Below are positions 40,156-50,662 of a DNA stretch of 64,000 bases, one piece after another. The translations under genes were made by a program, and so were the position numbers. Under the pieces are notes generated by a model that was not told the origin of the DNA, did not search any database, and saw only the letters and a program-made list of their open reading frames with translations. The stretch lies in the NCBI GenBank assembly GCA_963665325.3, contig CAXXWS020000004.1, positions 64,001 to 128,000 of the forward strand, read 5' to 3'. Position 1 is the first letter of the stretch, and every line of letters starts with the position of its first letter. The stretch comes from Alphaproteobacteria bacterium. Its GTDB lineage: Bacteria; Pseudomonadota; Alphaproteobacteria; Bin95.

Positions 40156-40912
40156 GGCGCCCCGCATCCTGCTCGAACACCACCTGAAGAAGCTCAAGCT
40201 GCCGACCGTCCTGCGGGAATACGAGAAGCTGGCCCGCCAGTGCGCGGCCGAGGGGCTGGATCATGTGCAGTTCCTCGCCCGGCTGGTGGAGATGGAGACG
40301 ATCGACCGCGAGCGCCGCCTGGTCGAGCGCCGCATCCGGCAGGCCAGGTTCCCGGTCGTCAAGCAGCTCGAGAGCTTCGACTTCAAGGCCATCCCCAGCC
40401 TCAACAAGATGCTGGTGCTCGACCTCGCGCGCGGCGATTACATCGAGCGGCGCGAGAACGCGATCCTGCTCGGCCCGAGCGGTGTGGGGAAGACGCACAT
40501 CGCTCTGGCCCTCGGCCTCGCCGCCTGCCAGAAGGGCCTCGCCGTGCGCTTCACCACCGCCTCCCAGCTGGTCCACGAGATGATCGAGGCGCGCGACGAG
40601 AAGAGGCTGCTCCGCCTCCAGGACCAGCTCGCCAGGGTCAGTCTGCTGATCGTCGACGAACTCGGATACGTGCCCCTCTCGCAGAGCGGAAGCGAGCTGC
40701 TGTTCGACATCTTCAGCCGCCGCTACGAAAACGGCGCCACAATCGTCACCTCGAACCTGCCCTTCCAGGAATGGACCTCGGTCTTCGCCAGCGAGCGGCT
40801 CACCGGCGCGCTGCTCGACCGCATCACCCACCATGTCCACATCCTGGAGATGAACGGCGAAAGCTACAGGCTCAAGCAAAGCCGGTCGCGACGACGGCCC
40901 CCCTCCGAATAA
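40148..40912 (+). CDS. istB: IS21 helper AAA+ ATPase IstB
   Basis: GPSGVGKTH, LLIVDELGY, TSN..F.EW, LLDRITHH, GESYR. Confidence 0.96.
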   Translation: MAEAPRILLEHHLKKLKLPTVLREYEKLARQCAAEGLDHVQFLARLVEMETIDRERRLVERRIRQARFPVVKQLESFDFKAIPSLNKMLVLDLARGDYIERRENAILLGPSGVGKTHIALALGLAACQKGLAVRFTTASQLVHEMIEARDEKRLLRLQDQLARVSLLIVDELGYVPLSQSGSELLFDIFSRRYENGATIVTSNLPFQEWTSVFASERLTGALLDRITHHVHILEMNGESYRLKQSRSRRRPPSE

Positions 40913-41088
40913 CCCGCTTGCTCCCATAGACCACAGGTCCCTCCCACGCGCGGGTCGACGCCAGCCACATGGAGGGCGCGCCGCCCCGCGCGCGGGGCCC
41001 TCCCATGGACTATGGGGACAAGCTACCGCCAAGCCCGTGGTACATCTTTACGCCGCCCCGCCGGTACATTTTTGCTCCGCCGTTGACA

Positions 41089-41397
41089 CATCGACGATCC
41101 CGGTGAACCCGTCCAGCTTCGGACGACGCACCGGCTTCCGGCGCCGATAGCCCGGCGGCGCCGAATAGCTCAGCATCTTCTTCACCGTGCGACGGTCGAT
41201 CCCGAACCGCCGACCGGCCTCATGATGGCTCAGACCCTCCTCGACAACCGCAAGTCGTACCGCTGCGTAAAGCTCCACCCCATACATCCCCCGCCCCCGA
41301 CCAAACGGACAAGGGGGCATCACTGGCGCAATTTTGCGCCGCCGCGACCCGACCAACCGGGCGCTTCCTGTGGAGCATTATTCCGCCGCCGTTAACA
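41089..41397 (-). mobile_element. inverted 309-bp copy of the IS21 left end (truncated istA)
   Basis: Reverse complement of 38543-38851. Ends ...GCCGCCGTTAACA at 41397 and abuts the right end of the full copy. Confidence 0.93.
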
Positions 41398-41717
41398 GGT
41401 AGGCCCTACCGCGGCCAGGCCGGTTACGCCCGCGTCCACCGACCCTACCCCTCAAGGGCAGGCTCAGCCGTCAGTGGGCGAGCATCGAACTTTTGAACCA
41501 GTCGGTGGAAGCTCATCTCGCTCCCTGGCGTTTCTGACGGCCCCCTTTGCGGTGCCTCCCTCGGCGCCTTGACGGCGCGATCCTGCACATGTCCGCGCCC
41601 CTTCACCCGAGGCGGTAGCGCGCACGTTCACGCGGTCAATATTGGCCGGCGAAAAGGAGTACCAACGCCAGACGGCTACGAATTGCCGGCCGCTTGAGGC
41701 AGGATCCGCCGAAGGAT

Positions 41718-42791
<1,074 letters not shown>

Positions 42792-42793
42792 CG

Positions 42794-43654
42794 TCAGCCC
42801 TTCACTGCCCCCATTGTCATCCCCTTGATGAAGTAGCGCTGGAAGAACAGGAACACCACGAGCGTCGGCAGGCTCGCGATCAGCGACAGCGATCCCTGAA
42901 CCCCCCAGGCCACCGAATACTGGCCCTTCAGGTTCACGATCCCCAGCATGATGGTCCGCTTCTCGTCAGACTGGGTGAAGATGAGCGGCCACAGGAAGTC
43001 GTTCCAGACCCAGGTGAACTGGAGCGTCGCCAACACCGCCAGCGCCGGCAGGCTCAGCGGCAGCGCCACCCGGGTCAGCACCTGCCACTCGTTCGCGCCT
43101 TCCAAGATGGCCGCCTCGCGCAGCGCAGTCGGGACGGTAGCGAAGAAGTTGCGCATCAGGAGGGTGCAGATGGGGATGCCCATCGCGATGTGAATGATGA
43201 CGATGGGGTACAGCGTGTCGATCAGATCCATAGCGTTGAAGAGCCGGAACAGCGGGATCAGGATTGCCTGCGGCGGGAAGAACATGCCGGAGACGACGAC
43301 GAGAAAAAGCAGGTTGCTGCCTCGGAACGGCAGTTTGGCGAACACGTAGCCGGCCAGCGACCCCAGCGCGATCGAGGCCACGGTCGCAGGAGCGGTGACG
43401 AGAAGCGTGTTGGCGAAGTACCGGTGCACGGCCGGATTGCCAAGCACCTCGGCGAAGTTGCCCCAGTAGAGCTCGGACGGGACCGTCCACAGCGCGCCGA
43501 GCGCGATATCGCGGTTGGTCTTGATCGAGGACAGCAACACGCCGGCGGTGGGGGCCAGGAACAGCACCGCCAAGACCGCGAGCACGATGAAGATTACCGC
43601 AGGCCAGGGATTGAACCGCCTGCGCGCCGCCGGGACGAACACCGCGTCAGCCAT
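42794..43654 (-). CDS. carbohydrate ABC transporter permease (MalG-like)
   Basis: EAA motif LREAAILEGA, WNDFLWP. Confidence 0.93.
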   Translation of the reverse strand: MADAVFVPAARRRFNPWPAVIFIVLAVLAVLFLAPTAGVLLSSIKTNRDIALGALWTVPSELYWGNFAEVLGNPAVHRYFANTLLVTAPATVASIALGSLAGYVFAKLPFRGSNLLFLVVVSGMFFPPQAILIPLFRLFNAMDLIDTLYPIVIIHIAMGIPICTLLMRNFFATVPTALREAAILEGANEWQVLTRVALPLSLPALAVLATLQFTWVWNDFLWPLIFTQSDEKRTIMLGIVNLKGQYSVAWGVQGSLSLIASLPTLVVFLFFQRYFIKGMTMGAVKG

Positions 43655-44528
43655 GGAGTTCGTCGACCTTGCGCAGCTGGCGGAAGTAGAGGCGGATGAT
43701 GGTCAGCGCGATCAGGAACAGGACCACCGAAATGGCGCTGCCGTAACCCATCAGGTACTTCTTGAACGACTCGTTGTACATGTGCATGGCCAGCGTGTCG
43801 GAGCTGTTGAACGGCCCGCCGCCAGTCATGGTGTAGAGGATGTCGAACCCCTTGAGCGAGTTGATGACGTTGAGCGCGATCACCACCACGGTGGCTGGGG
43901 CGAGTAGAGGGATGACCACCAGGCGGATGCGCTGCTCAATGCGCGCGCCCTCGATCTCGCACACCTCCAGCAGCTCCTCGGGGATGGTGGTCAGCCCGGC
44001 CAGGAAGATCACCATCGAAAGGCCGGTCTGCTGCCACGACCAGGCGACGATCACCGACCACAACGCGCTGTCCGGCTTCGCCAGCCATGCGTAGTTGAAC
44101 CGCTCGCCGCTCACCGCCTCCACCATGGTGTTCAGCAGGCCCCAGTCCGGCTGGTAGATCCACACCCAGATCTGCCCGACCACAACGGCCGAGAGGCAGA
44201 TCGGGAGGTAGAAAATCGACTTGAACACCGACCCGCCGGGAATGCCGCTGTCGATCAGGAGCGCGAGCGCAAGCCCGAATACGGTCGGCACGACGATCGC
44301 TGCAACTATCCACAGCGCCGTGTTGATCGCGGCGTTGAGGAACAGCTTGTCGGTGTAGATCTTTATGAAGTTGTCGAAGCCGACGTAGTCGTAGTCGGGG
44401 TTGAAACCGTTCCAGTCGGTGAAGCTGTAGTAGAAGGAGCTTGCAAGCGGCCAGATCACGAACGCCGCGAAAACCGCAAGCGGCAACGCCAACAGAAGCG
44501 CCCTCCAGAAACGGTTCTCCCGTTCCAT
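43647..44528 (-). CDS. carbohydrate ABC transporter permease (MalF-like)
   Basis: SFTDWNG...VG.DNF, LAGL..IP, TGGGP, GYGSA. Confidence 0.93.
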   Translation of the reverse strand: MERENRFWRALLLALPLAVFAAFVIWPLASSFYYSFTDWNGFNPDYDYVGFDNFIKIYTDKLFLNAAINTALWIVAAIVVPTVFGLALALLIDSGIPGGSVFKSIFYLPICLSAVVVGQIWVWIYQPDWGLLNTMVEAVSGERFNYAWLAKPDSALWSVIVAWSWQQTGLSMVIFLAGLTTIPEELLEVCEIEGARIEQRIRLVVIPLLAPATVVVIALNVINSLKGFDILYTMTGGGPFNSSDTLAMHMYNESFKKYLMGYGSAISVVLFLIALTIIRLYFRQLRKVDELHG

Positions 44529-44605
44529 CCGTCACCGCTCATGCCGAAAGGTAGACGGGCCGCCGGGCGAATGCCGCCCGGCGCCCCCTCCACACAGGAC
44601 CGCGT

Positions 44606-45877
44606 TTACTCCGTGAATGCCTTGGCGGCATCCGCGGCGACCTGCGCCAGGATGTCGTCCAACTGGCTCGGGTCGTCCATGAAGCGCGAAAACATGGAGA
44701 GCCCGACCTCCGCCACCGGCGGCGGCGTCGCGAGGTCGTAGTTGAACGCAAAGTTGTCGGCCCCGGCCACGACGGCGGAGACCCGCTGCATGACCTCGCT
44801 GTAATTCGCCGGATCGACGTTCACATTGGCTGACAGCGCCCCGTATGCGGCGGTCCAGCTCGCCTGGACATCGGCGTTCGACATCATGTAGCTCAGGAAC
44901 GCCTCGGCGCCGGCGCGGTTCTCCCCGTCATTGGAGATGACCAGGCCGTCCACGGGTCCCACCACCGACGCAGGGACGCCGTCTGCGATGGACGGGAACG
45001 GGAAGAAGTCGTAGTCCTCGCCGGCCTTGAGCCCGTTCCCGTTCCAGTAGCCGGTGATCCAGGTGCCCATCAGGGTCATCGCCGCGTCGCCGCGGGCCAC
45101 CTTGTCCGACGCATCCGTCCACGAATCGGCATTGGCGTTCGGCGCGAAGTAGCCCTTGTCGGCTAGCTCCTTCCACATCGCCATGGCGGCCTTGACCTCC
45201 GCGTCGTCATAGGCGGCGGAGCCGTTCATCAGGCTCGCGCGGTAGTCGGGGCCGGCGGTGCCGAGCAGCAGGTAGTCGAACCAGAACTGGGCGGGCCAGC
45301 GATTCTTCGAGCCGAGCGCGATCGGCGTCACGCCCTTGCCCTTCAGCGTCTCGCAAAGCGCCAGGAACCCGTCCCAGGTCGTGGGCATGTCGGTGACGCC
45401 TGCGTCCGCGAGCACCTTGGTGTTATAGAACATGCCCGCGTAGTGGTAGTTGAAGGGCACCAAATAGCGCTTGCCGTTGTACATGGTGGCGCTGTCGGCT
45501 ACTGACTTTGCGACGACATTCTCGAGGCCGTCCCGGGCCCACATGTCGTCGATCGGGTGGAGGCCTCCGGAATCGACGACGAACTGCGTCCGCGCGCCAG
45601 CCCAGTAGCTGAAGACGTCCGGCAGGCTGTCGCCGGCCGCACGCACCAGGATATCGGTCTTGAAGTCCTCGTGACCGATGGGGCTGTTCTTGATCGTGTG
45701 GTCCGTAGCGGATTCGAACTTCGCGACCTGCTCGTTGAATATCTTGAGTCCGAACTCACCGGTGAAATAGTGGGTCAGGGTGACGTCGCCGCCTTGCGCA
45801 AAGGCGGGCGCCCCGAGAACCAGGGCCGGCACGACCCCCACGGCGGCCAGCAGACCGCGCCTGTTGAGCCAAATCAT
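44606..45877 (-). CDS. carbohydrate ABC transporter substrate-binding protein
   Basis: Twin-Arg-like signal (NRRGLL), PDVF..W, YN..V..DAG...P.TWD.F, G.AAM...GTW. Confidence 0.92.
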   Translation of the reverse strand: MIWLNRRGLLAAVGVVPALVLGAPAFAQGGDVTLTHYFTGEFGLKIFNEQVAKFESATDHTIKNSPIGHEDFKTDILVRAAGDSLPDVFSYWAGARTQFVVDSGGLHPIDDMWARDGLENVVAKSVADSATMYNGKRYLVPFNYHYAGMFYNTKVLADAGVTDMPTTWDGFLALCETLKGKGVTPIALGSKNRWPAQFWFDYLLLGTAGPDYRASLMNGSAAYDDAEVKAAMAMWKELADKGYFAPNANADSWTDASDKVARGDAAMTLMGTWITGYWNGNGLKAGEDYDFFPFPSIADGVPASVVGPVDGLVISNDGENRAGAEAFLSYMMSNADVQASWTAAYGALSANVNVDPANYSEVMQRVSAVVAGADNFAFNYDLATPPPVAEVGLSMFSRFMDDPSQLDDILAQVAADAAKAFTE

Positions 45878-46131
45878 GGAATTTCTCCCGTGCGGTTGAC
45901 ATGCCAGCGCTCTCGGTGAGCGCCTCGGCAGTGAAGCGCATCGCTCCGAGCAGTGTCAACGAAAACGGGGCAAATGCACCAGGCGGTTATCGCACGCGAG
46001 CATATCGAACACCGCCCGCATGTGTTGCACGAGGGCGCGGAGTCCGCCTACTTTCGCAGCGTATCGGCACCGCGAGACGACCCAGCATGGCCAGTGCGTC
46101 TACTCGCTGCAGCGACGGGAGTTGACGAGTG

Positions 46132-47226
46132 ATGTCCAGCGGTCCTATCGGAGTCGGCATCGTAGGCGCAGGCCGCATCTCCGATCTGCACGCCATCGAG
46201 TATCTGGCCAACCCGCAAGCGCGGATCGTGGCGCTTTGCGATGTCGACGCGGCGCGCGCGGCGGAGCGGGCGGCGGCCTGGGGCCTTAATGACGTCGCCA
46301 TCGACGATGACATGGACTCCCTGCTAGCCCGTCCGGACGTGGATCTTGTCGAGATCCTGCTGCCCCATCATCTGCATCTGGGATCGGCGCTGAAGGCCGT
46401 CGATGCCGGTAAGATCGTCTCGCTCCAGAAGCCCATGTGCATTTCGCTTGAGGAGGCCGACCGGCTTGTCGCCGCCGCCGAAGCCTCGGACCGCCCGTTC
46501 AAGGTGTTCGAAAACTTCCTGTTCTACCCCCCTGTCGTCCGGGCTCGGGAGTTGATCGCCGAGGGCGCGATCGGCACACCCCTCGCCATCCGCATCAAGA
46601 GCAATCCGGGGCGGAGCGCCACCGCCTGGGACGTGCCGGAAAGCGCCATCGCGTGGCGCCAGCGGCCCGAGCAGTCCGGCGGCGGGCCGCTGGTGTTCGA
46701 CGACGGCCACCACAAGTTCGCCCTCGCCTGGCACTTCATGGGCGAGCCCGAGGAGGTCCACGCCTTCATCGGGCAGACCGAAACGACGAACCGCCGGGAG
46801 CTGTTGGATGCGCCATCGATCGTGTCGTTCCGCTTTCCCTGCAATCGCATCGGCAACCTGGAGATCGTCTATTCGCAGGAACTGGAAATCGCAACCCGGC
46901 ACTATGCTCAGGACGACCGCGTGGAGATCACCGGCAGCAAGGGCGTGATCTGGTTGAACGGCGGCCATGGGCGCCTGGGCGACGCGGCACCGCTGGCGTT
47001 ATACCGGGACGGCACTCTCACCGAGTTCCGCGACCTGGAGACCGGCTGGGAGCAGAGCTTTGTGCTGTCCACCCGCCACTTTCTGGAGGTCGTGTTCGAG
47101 GGTGGGCGTCCGGTGCTGACCGCGCGCGAGGGCCGGCAGGTCCTGCGCTTCGCACTCGCCGCCTTGGAGTCTGCCCGGAAGGGCAGGCCGGTGCCGGTCG
47201 GGGCGGATGGAGGATCGAGCGCATGA
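46132..47226 (+). CDS. Gfo/Idh/MocA-family oxidoreductase
   Basis: VGIVGAGRI, PHHLH, QKP (EKP variant), GGG...D.G.H. Confidence 0.9.
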   Translation: MSSGPIGVGIVGAGRISDLHAIEYLANPQARIVALCDVDAARAAERAAAWGLNDVAIDDDMDSLLARPDVDLVEILLPHHLHLGSALKAVDAGKIVSLQKPMCISLEEADRLVAAAEASDRPFKVFENFLFYPPVVRARELIAEGAIGTPLAIRIKSNPGRSATAWDVPESAIAWRQRPEQSGGGPLVFDDGHHKFALAWHFMGEPEEVHAFIGQTETTNRRELLDAPSIVSFRFPCNRIGNLEIVYSQELEIATRHYAQDDRVEITGSKGVIWLNGGHGRLGDAAPLALYRDGTLTEFRDLETGWEQSFVLSTRHFLEVVFEGGRPVLTAREGRQVLRFALAALESARKGRPVPVGADGGSSA

Positions 47227-49124
47227 GGAACGCCACTGGCGTGTCCGGATCGCTGCCGTCGTCGATGGACGGGAGAGCGGCCTGGCTTGCCGCGGCCGGC
47301 GGCCTGAACGCGGCCATCGATGCCGGGGGGCTTGGCGAACCGGTTGCCCTCCCTCTTGCCGAGGCGTTGGTGCTGGGCCTGATGCGTCAGGGGGTGACGA
47401 AGTATCTCGCGATCTTCGGACACGGCTCAACCGCGATCGGGGAGGTGTTGCGGGTTTACCAAGCCCACGGTCTGGTCCGATGCTGGCAGTTCCGCAACGA
47501 GGTCGCGATGGCGCACGCCGGAACTGCACTCCGCTGGGTGTACGGAGAGCCGTCCGCAGTGGTCACGTCCATCGGGCCGGGAGCGATGCAGGCCATGGCC
47601 GGATCGCTGGCGGCGGCTTCCAACGGCGTCGGCGTCTATCACCTCTACGGCGACGAGACCACTCACGGCGAAGGCTACAACATGCAGCAGGTGCCCAAGC
47701 CGGCACAGGGGCTTTTCGGGCAGATAACCGCGCTGATGGGCGAGTCCTGGACCCTGCATAGTCCCGGCGGGCTGCGGGCCGCGTTGCGCCGGGGCGCGAT
47801 GACCGTGTTCCACCCGTGGAAGGCCGGTCCGTTCTACCTGAACCTGCCGCTCAACACCCAGCCCGCAAAGACCTTGATCCGGCTCGATACCCTGCCGGTA
47901 GCTCCCGTGTTCTCCCCTGCCGCACCCGCCGGCGAGGATGCATACGCCGAGGGCGCAGCGCTCATCGCCGGCGCCCGGCGTGTCGCGGTCAAGGTCGGCG
48001 GAGGGGCGCGGTCCTTTGCCCGCGCGATCCGGGAGTTCGCGGAGTTGGCGGGCGCAGCGGTGGTGCTCAGCCCCGGCTCGACCGGGGTGATGCCCGACGA
48101 CCACCCGCAGAACCTGCACGTCGGTGGCTCCAAGGGAACCATCAGCGGCAATTTCGCGATGGAGGAGGCGGACCTGCTGGTGGTCATCGGCAGCCGGGCG
48201 GTGTGCCAGAGCGATTGCTCGGGGACGGGATGGCCGAAGGTCTGCCACGTCGTCAACATCAACGCCGATCCGGAGGACGTCCAGCACTACAACCGCACCT
48301 CTGCGCTGTGCGGTGATGCCGGAGCGGTACTGGAACGCCTGAACGACGTGCTGCGCCGCAATTATCCGCAGGCGCCCGCGAGCAAGCGGGAGTGGCTCGA
48401 CGCCTGCGCCGCAAAAAAAGCCGAGTGGCGGGCGTTCAGGGTCACGCAGCTCGATGCCGCCCCTCCCGTTGACACGGTCTGGCAGCGGGCGGTGTTGACC
48501 CAGCCCCAGGCGATCACGGTCACCGCAGCGTTCTGCAAGGCGCGGGGCGCCGTCAAGTTCTTCGACGCCGGCGACGTGCAGGCCAATGGCTTCCAGATCA
48601 TCGAGGACGACTCGCCATTCGAGACCTTTACCGAAGCCGGTGCGTCCTACATGGGGTTCTCGGTCTCGGCCCTGCTCGCCGGTGCGCTGGCCGAGAACGG
48701 GCGCTATGCCGTCGCCTTCACCGGCGACGGTTCGTTCACGATGAACCCTCAGGTCCTGATCGACGGCGTGGAGCACGGCGCTCGGGGCGCCATTGTCCTG
48801 TTCGACAACCGCCGCATGGGCGCGATCAGCCAGTTGCAGCAAGTGCAGTACGGAGCGGACTTCCGCACCTCGGACTCCGTGTCGGTGGACTACGTGCAAA
48901 TGGCGGCATCGGTCGCGGGAGTGAAGGCGCTGTCGGGAGGTTTCGATCCGTCCTCCCTGACCGCAGCGCTAGAAGAAGCGTTTGATTACGATGGCCTCAG
49001 CCTCATCCATGTCCCAGTCTATTTCGGGGACGACCAGCAGGGTGGCATGGGCGCCTACGGGCGTTGGAATGTCGGGAACTGGTGTGACGACGTACAGGAC
49101 CGCTACGTGCGTACATTGATTTGA
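47223..49124 (+). CDS. thiamine-diphosphate enzyme, IolD-like ring-cleaving acylhydrolase
   Basis: AIFGHG, NEVAMAHA, TSIGPGA, TPP motif GDGSF...DN. ATGA overlap with the Gfo gene. Confidence 0.8.
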   Translation: MRNATGVSGSLPSSMDGRAAWLAAAGGLNAAIDAGGLGEPVALPLAEALVLGLMRQGVTKYLAIFGHGSTAIGEVLRVYQAHGLVRCWQFRNEVAMAHAGTALRWVYGEPSAVVTSIGPGAMQAMAGSLAAASNGVGVYHLYGDETTHGEGYNMQQVPKPAQGLFGQITALMGESWTLHSPGGLRAALRRGAMTVFHPWKAGPFYLNLPLNTQPAKTLIRLDTLPVAPVFSPAAPAGEDAYAEGAALIAGARRVAVKVGGGARSFARAIREFAELAGAAVVLSPGSTGVMPDDHPQNLHVGGSKGTISGNFAMEEADLLVVIGSRAVCQSDCSGTGWPKVCHVVNINADPEDVQHYNRTSALCGDAGAVLERLNDVLRRNYPQAPASKREWLDACAAKKAEWRAFRVTQLDAAPPVDTVWQRAVLTQPQAITVTAAFCKARGAVKFFDAGDVQANGFQIIEDDSPFETFTEAGASYMGFSVSALLAGALAENGRYAVAFTGDGSFTMNPQVLIDGVEHGARGAIVLFDNRRMGAISQLQQVQYGADFRTSDSVSVDYVQMAASVAGVKALSGGFDPSSLTAALEEAFDYDGLSLIHVPVYFGDDQQGGMGAYGRWNVGNWCDDVQDRYVRTLI

Positions 49125-49359
49125 CCTTGCCCGCAAAAGTGGAGCGAGCCCGGCTTCCGCCACCGGTAGCCCGGCGGCGCCGAATAGCTCAGCATCTTCT
49201 TCACCGTCCGGCGGTCGATCCCGAACCGCCGCATATAGCTCCACGCCATACATCTCCCGCCCCGCGCCGATACCGACAAGGAGCTACAGATGGCGCAATT
49301 TCGCACCGCCGCGACCGGACCGCCCGGTCGCTACTCGTGGAGGATCTGTGGACGCCTCC

Positions 49360-49639
49360 ATTGGTGCAAGCCTTTACTTCGGACAGTTCGGGTCATGCGG
49401 TCAGGTGCAGTCATCTGTCCGGCCTCGTGGTGCGGCTGGATTGACGCCGCAGGCCTGTATGGAGATGCGCGGACCGGATCCAAGATCATTATTGCGGGCT
49501 TGAGTGGCCCTTTATTGCGGGCTTGAGTGGCCCTTGCTCCACGACTGGTTTTTCCGGTCCCGTCTCGATTGACCGTTTGCCCTTACTCGTCCTCCGACCT
49601 GCTCACACCCCCGACGGCTTCCTGCTGTTCGCCTCTTGC
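49360..49639 (-). ncRNA. predicted bridge/seek RNA of the IS1111-type element
   Basis: The non-coding 3' region contains TCGTGGAGCA and AATAATG (both strands of the IS21 target) and ACAGATGA and CTCCAT (both strands of the predicted circle junction). Exact RNA ends are unknown. Confidence 0.72.
49489..49534 (+). repeat. 23-bp tandem duplication in the IS110 non-coding region
   Basis: TTATTGCGGGCTTGAGTGGCCCT at 49489-49511 and 49512-49534. Confidence 0.95.
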
Positions 49640-50662
49640 TCAGGCTGCAGCAGGAGCCCGGTAGTCCTCCTTCTTCGTTGTCAGCGCCCAGATGATGCGC
49701 GCAATCCGGTTGGCCAGCGCCACGGCGACCAGCTTGCGCGGCTTGCGCGCCAGCATCCGGGCCAGCCAGGGGTCCGTCGTCCGGCCACGCCGTACGGCCC
49801 AGCTGACGACAGCCATGGCGCCCGAGATCAGCAATCGTCTCAGATCGCGCTGGCCCATCTTCGATATCCTGCCGAGCCGCGGTTTGCCGCCGGTCGTGTG
49901 CTGGCGCGGCACCAGTCCAAGCCAGGCGGCAAAGTCGCGGCCGCGACGGAAGCTCTCCATCGGCGGCGCGAAGGCCTGGACCGCCATCGCGCCGATCGGC
50001 CCGATCCCCGGGATCGTCATCAGACGCGCCGCCTCTTCGTCCTGACGCGCGCTGGCGCGGATCTCCTTTTCCAACCCGCCAATCTTCTCATCGAGATCGG
50101 CGATCCGGTCGAGTAAAAGGCCGCCCAACCTGCGCACCGCGCCCGGCAGGCTCAATCCCGGATCATCGAGGGCTGATGCCAGCCGACCGACATGAGCCGG
50201 ACCCTGCGGCGCCACGACACCGAACTCCGACAAATGGCCGCGTAGCGCATTGATCGTCTGCGTGCGCTGGCGCACCAGGAGGTCGCGCGTATGAAACAAC
50301 ATTGCCCTGGCCTGCTGCTCTTCCGTCTTCACTGCCACAAAGCGCATGGTCGGGCGCTGCGCCGCCTCGCAGATCGCCTCCGCGTCCGCAGCGTCGTTCT
50401 TGTGCCGCTTCACATACGGCTTCACGTAAACCGGCGGGACCAGCCTCACGTCGTGGCCGAACCGCATCATCTCCCGGCCCCAATTGTGAGCGCTCGCGCA
50501 AGCCTCCATCGCCACCGTGCAGCGCGGCTGCGAGGCGACGAAGTCGAGCAGCTTTCCCCGGCTCAACTTCCGGCGAAACGCCACCGATCCATCCGACCGA
50601 GCTCCATGAACCTGAAAGCTGCGCTTCGCCAGATCGATCCCGATGATGCTAACCTCTTCCAT
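49640..50662 (-). CDS. IS110-family DEDD recombinase/transposase
   Basis: GIDLAK, AMEAC, KNDAADAEAI, IPGIGP, AWLGLVP.Q.TTGGK...G.ISK.G, VALAN..ARI.WA. Confidence 0.95.
   Translation of the reverse strand: MEEVSIIGIDLAKRSFQVHGARSDGSVAFRRKLSRGKLLDFVASQPRCTVAMEACASAHNWGREMMRFGHDVRLVPPVYVKPYVKRHKNDAADAEAICEAAQRPTMRFVAVKTEEQQARAMLFHTRDLLVRQRTQTINALRGHLSEFGVVAPQGPAHVGRLASALDDPGLSLPGAVRRLGGLLLDRIADLDEKIGGLEKEIRASARQDEEAARLMTIPGIGPIGAMAVQAFAPPMESFRRGRDFAAWLGLVPRQHTTGGKPRLGRISKMGQRDLRRLLISGAMAVVSWAVRRGRTTDPWLARMLARKPRKLVAVALANRIARIIWALTTKKEDYRAPAAA

Larger units (their letters stand above)
38543..41088 (+). mobile_element. IS21-family insertion sequence (istA-istB)
   Basis: Termini TGTTAACGGCGGCGGAATAATG... 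and ...CATTTTTGCTCCGCCGTTGACA, with internal repeated binding sites at each end. No TSD. Confidence 0.94.

Noticed and set aside
41398-41717. 320-nt non-coding stretch as a possible structured RNA or MITE
   Set aside because: I could not identify terminal repeats, a tRNA-like fold or a known riboswitch motif by eye. An Rfam search would be needed.
46653-47222. N-terminal extension of the TPP enzyme (823-aa ORF), and similarly 58700-59035 for DctP and 4461-4598 for GlnRS
   Set aside because: These extensions overlap upstream genes or intergenic DNA. Better starts exist, with an RBS or ATGA coupling in most cases.
49489-49534. Direct repeats as a possible mini-CRISPR (also 31523-31564)
   Set aside because: Only two abutting copies with no spacer and no cas genes. 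These are simple tandem duplications.
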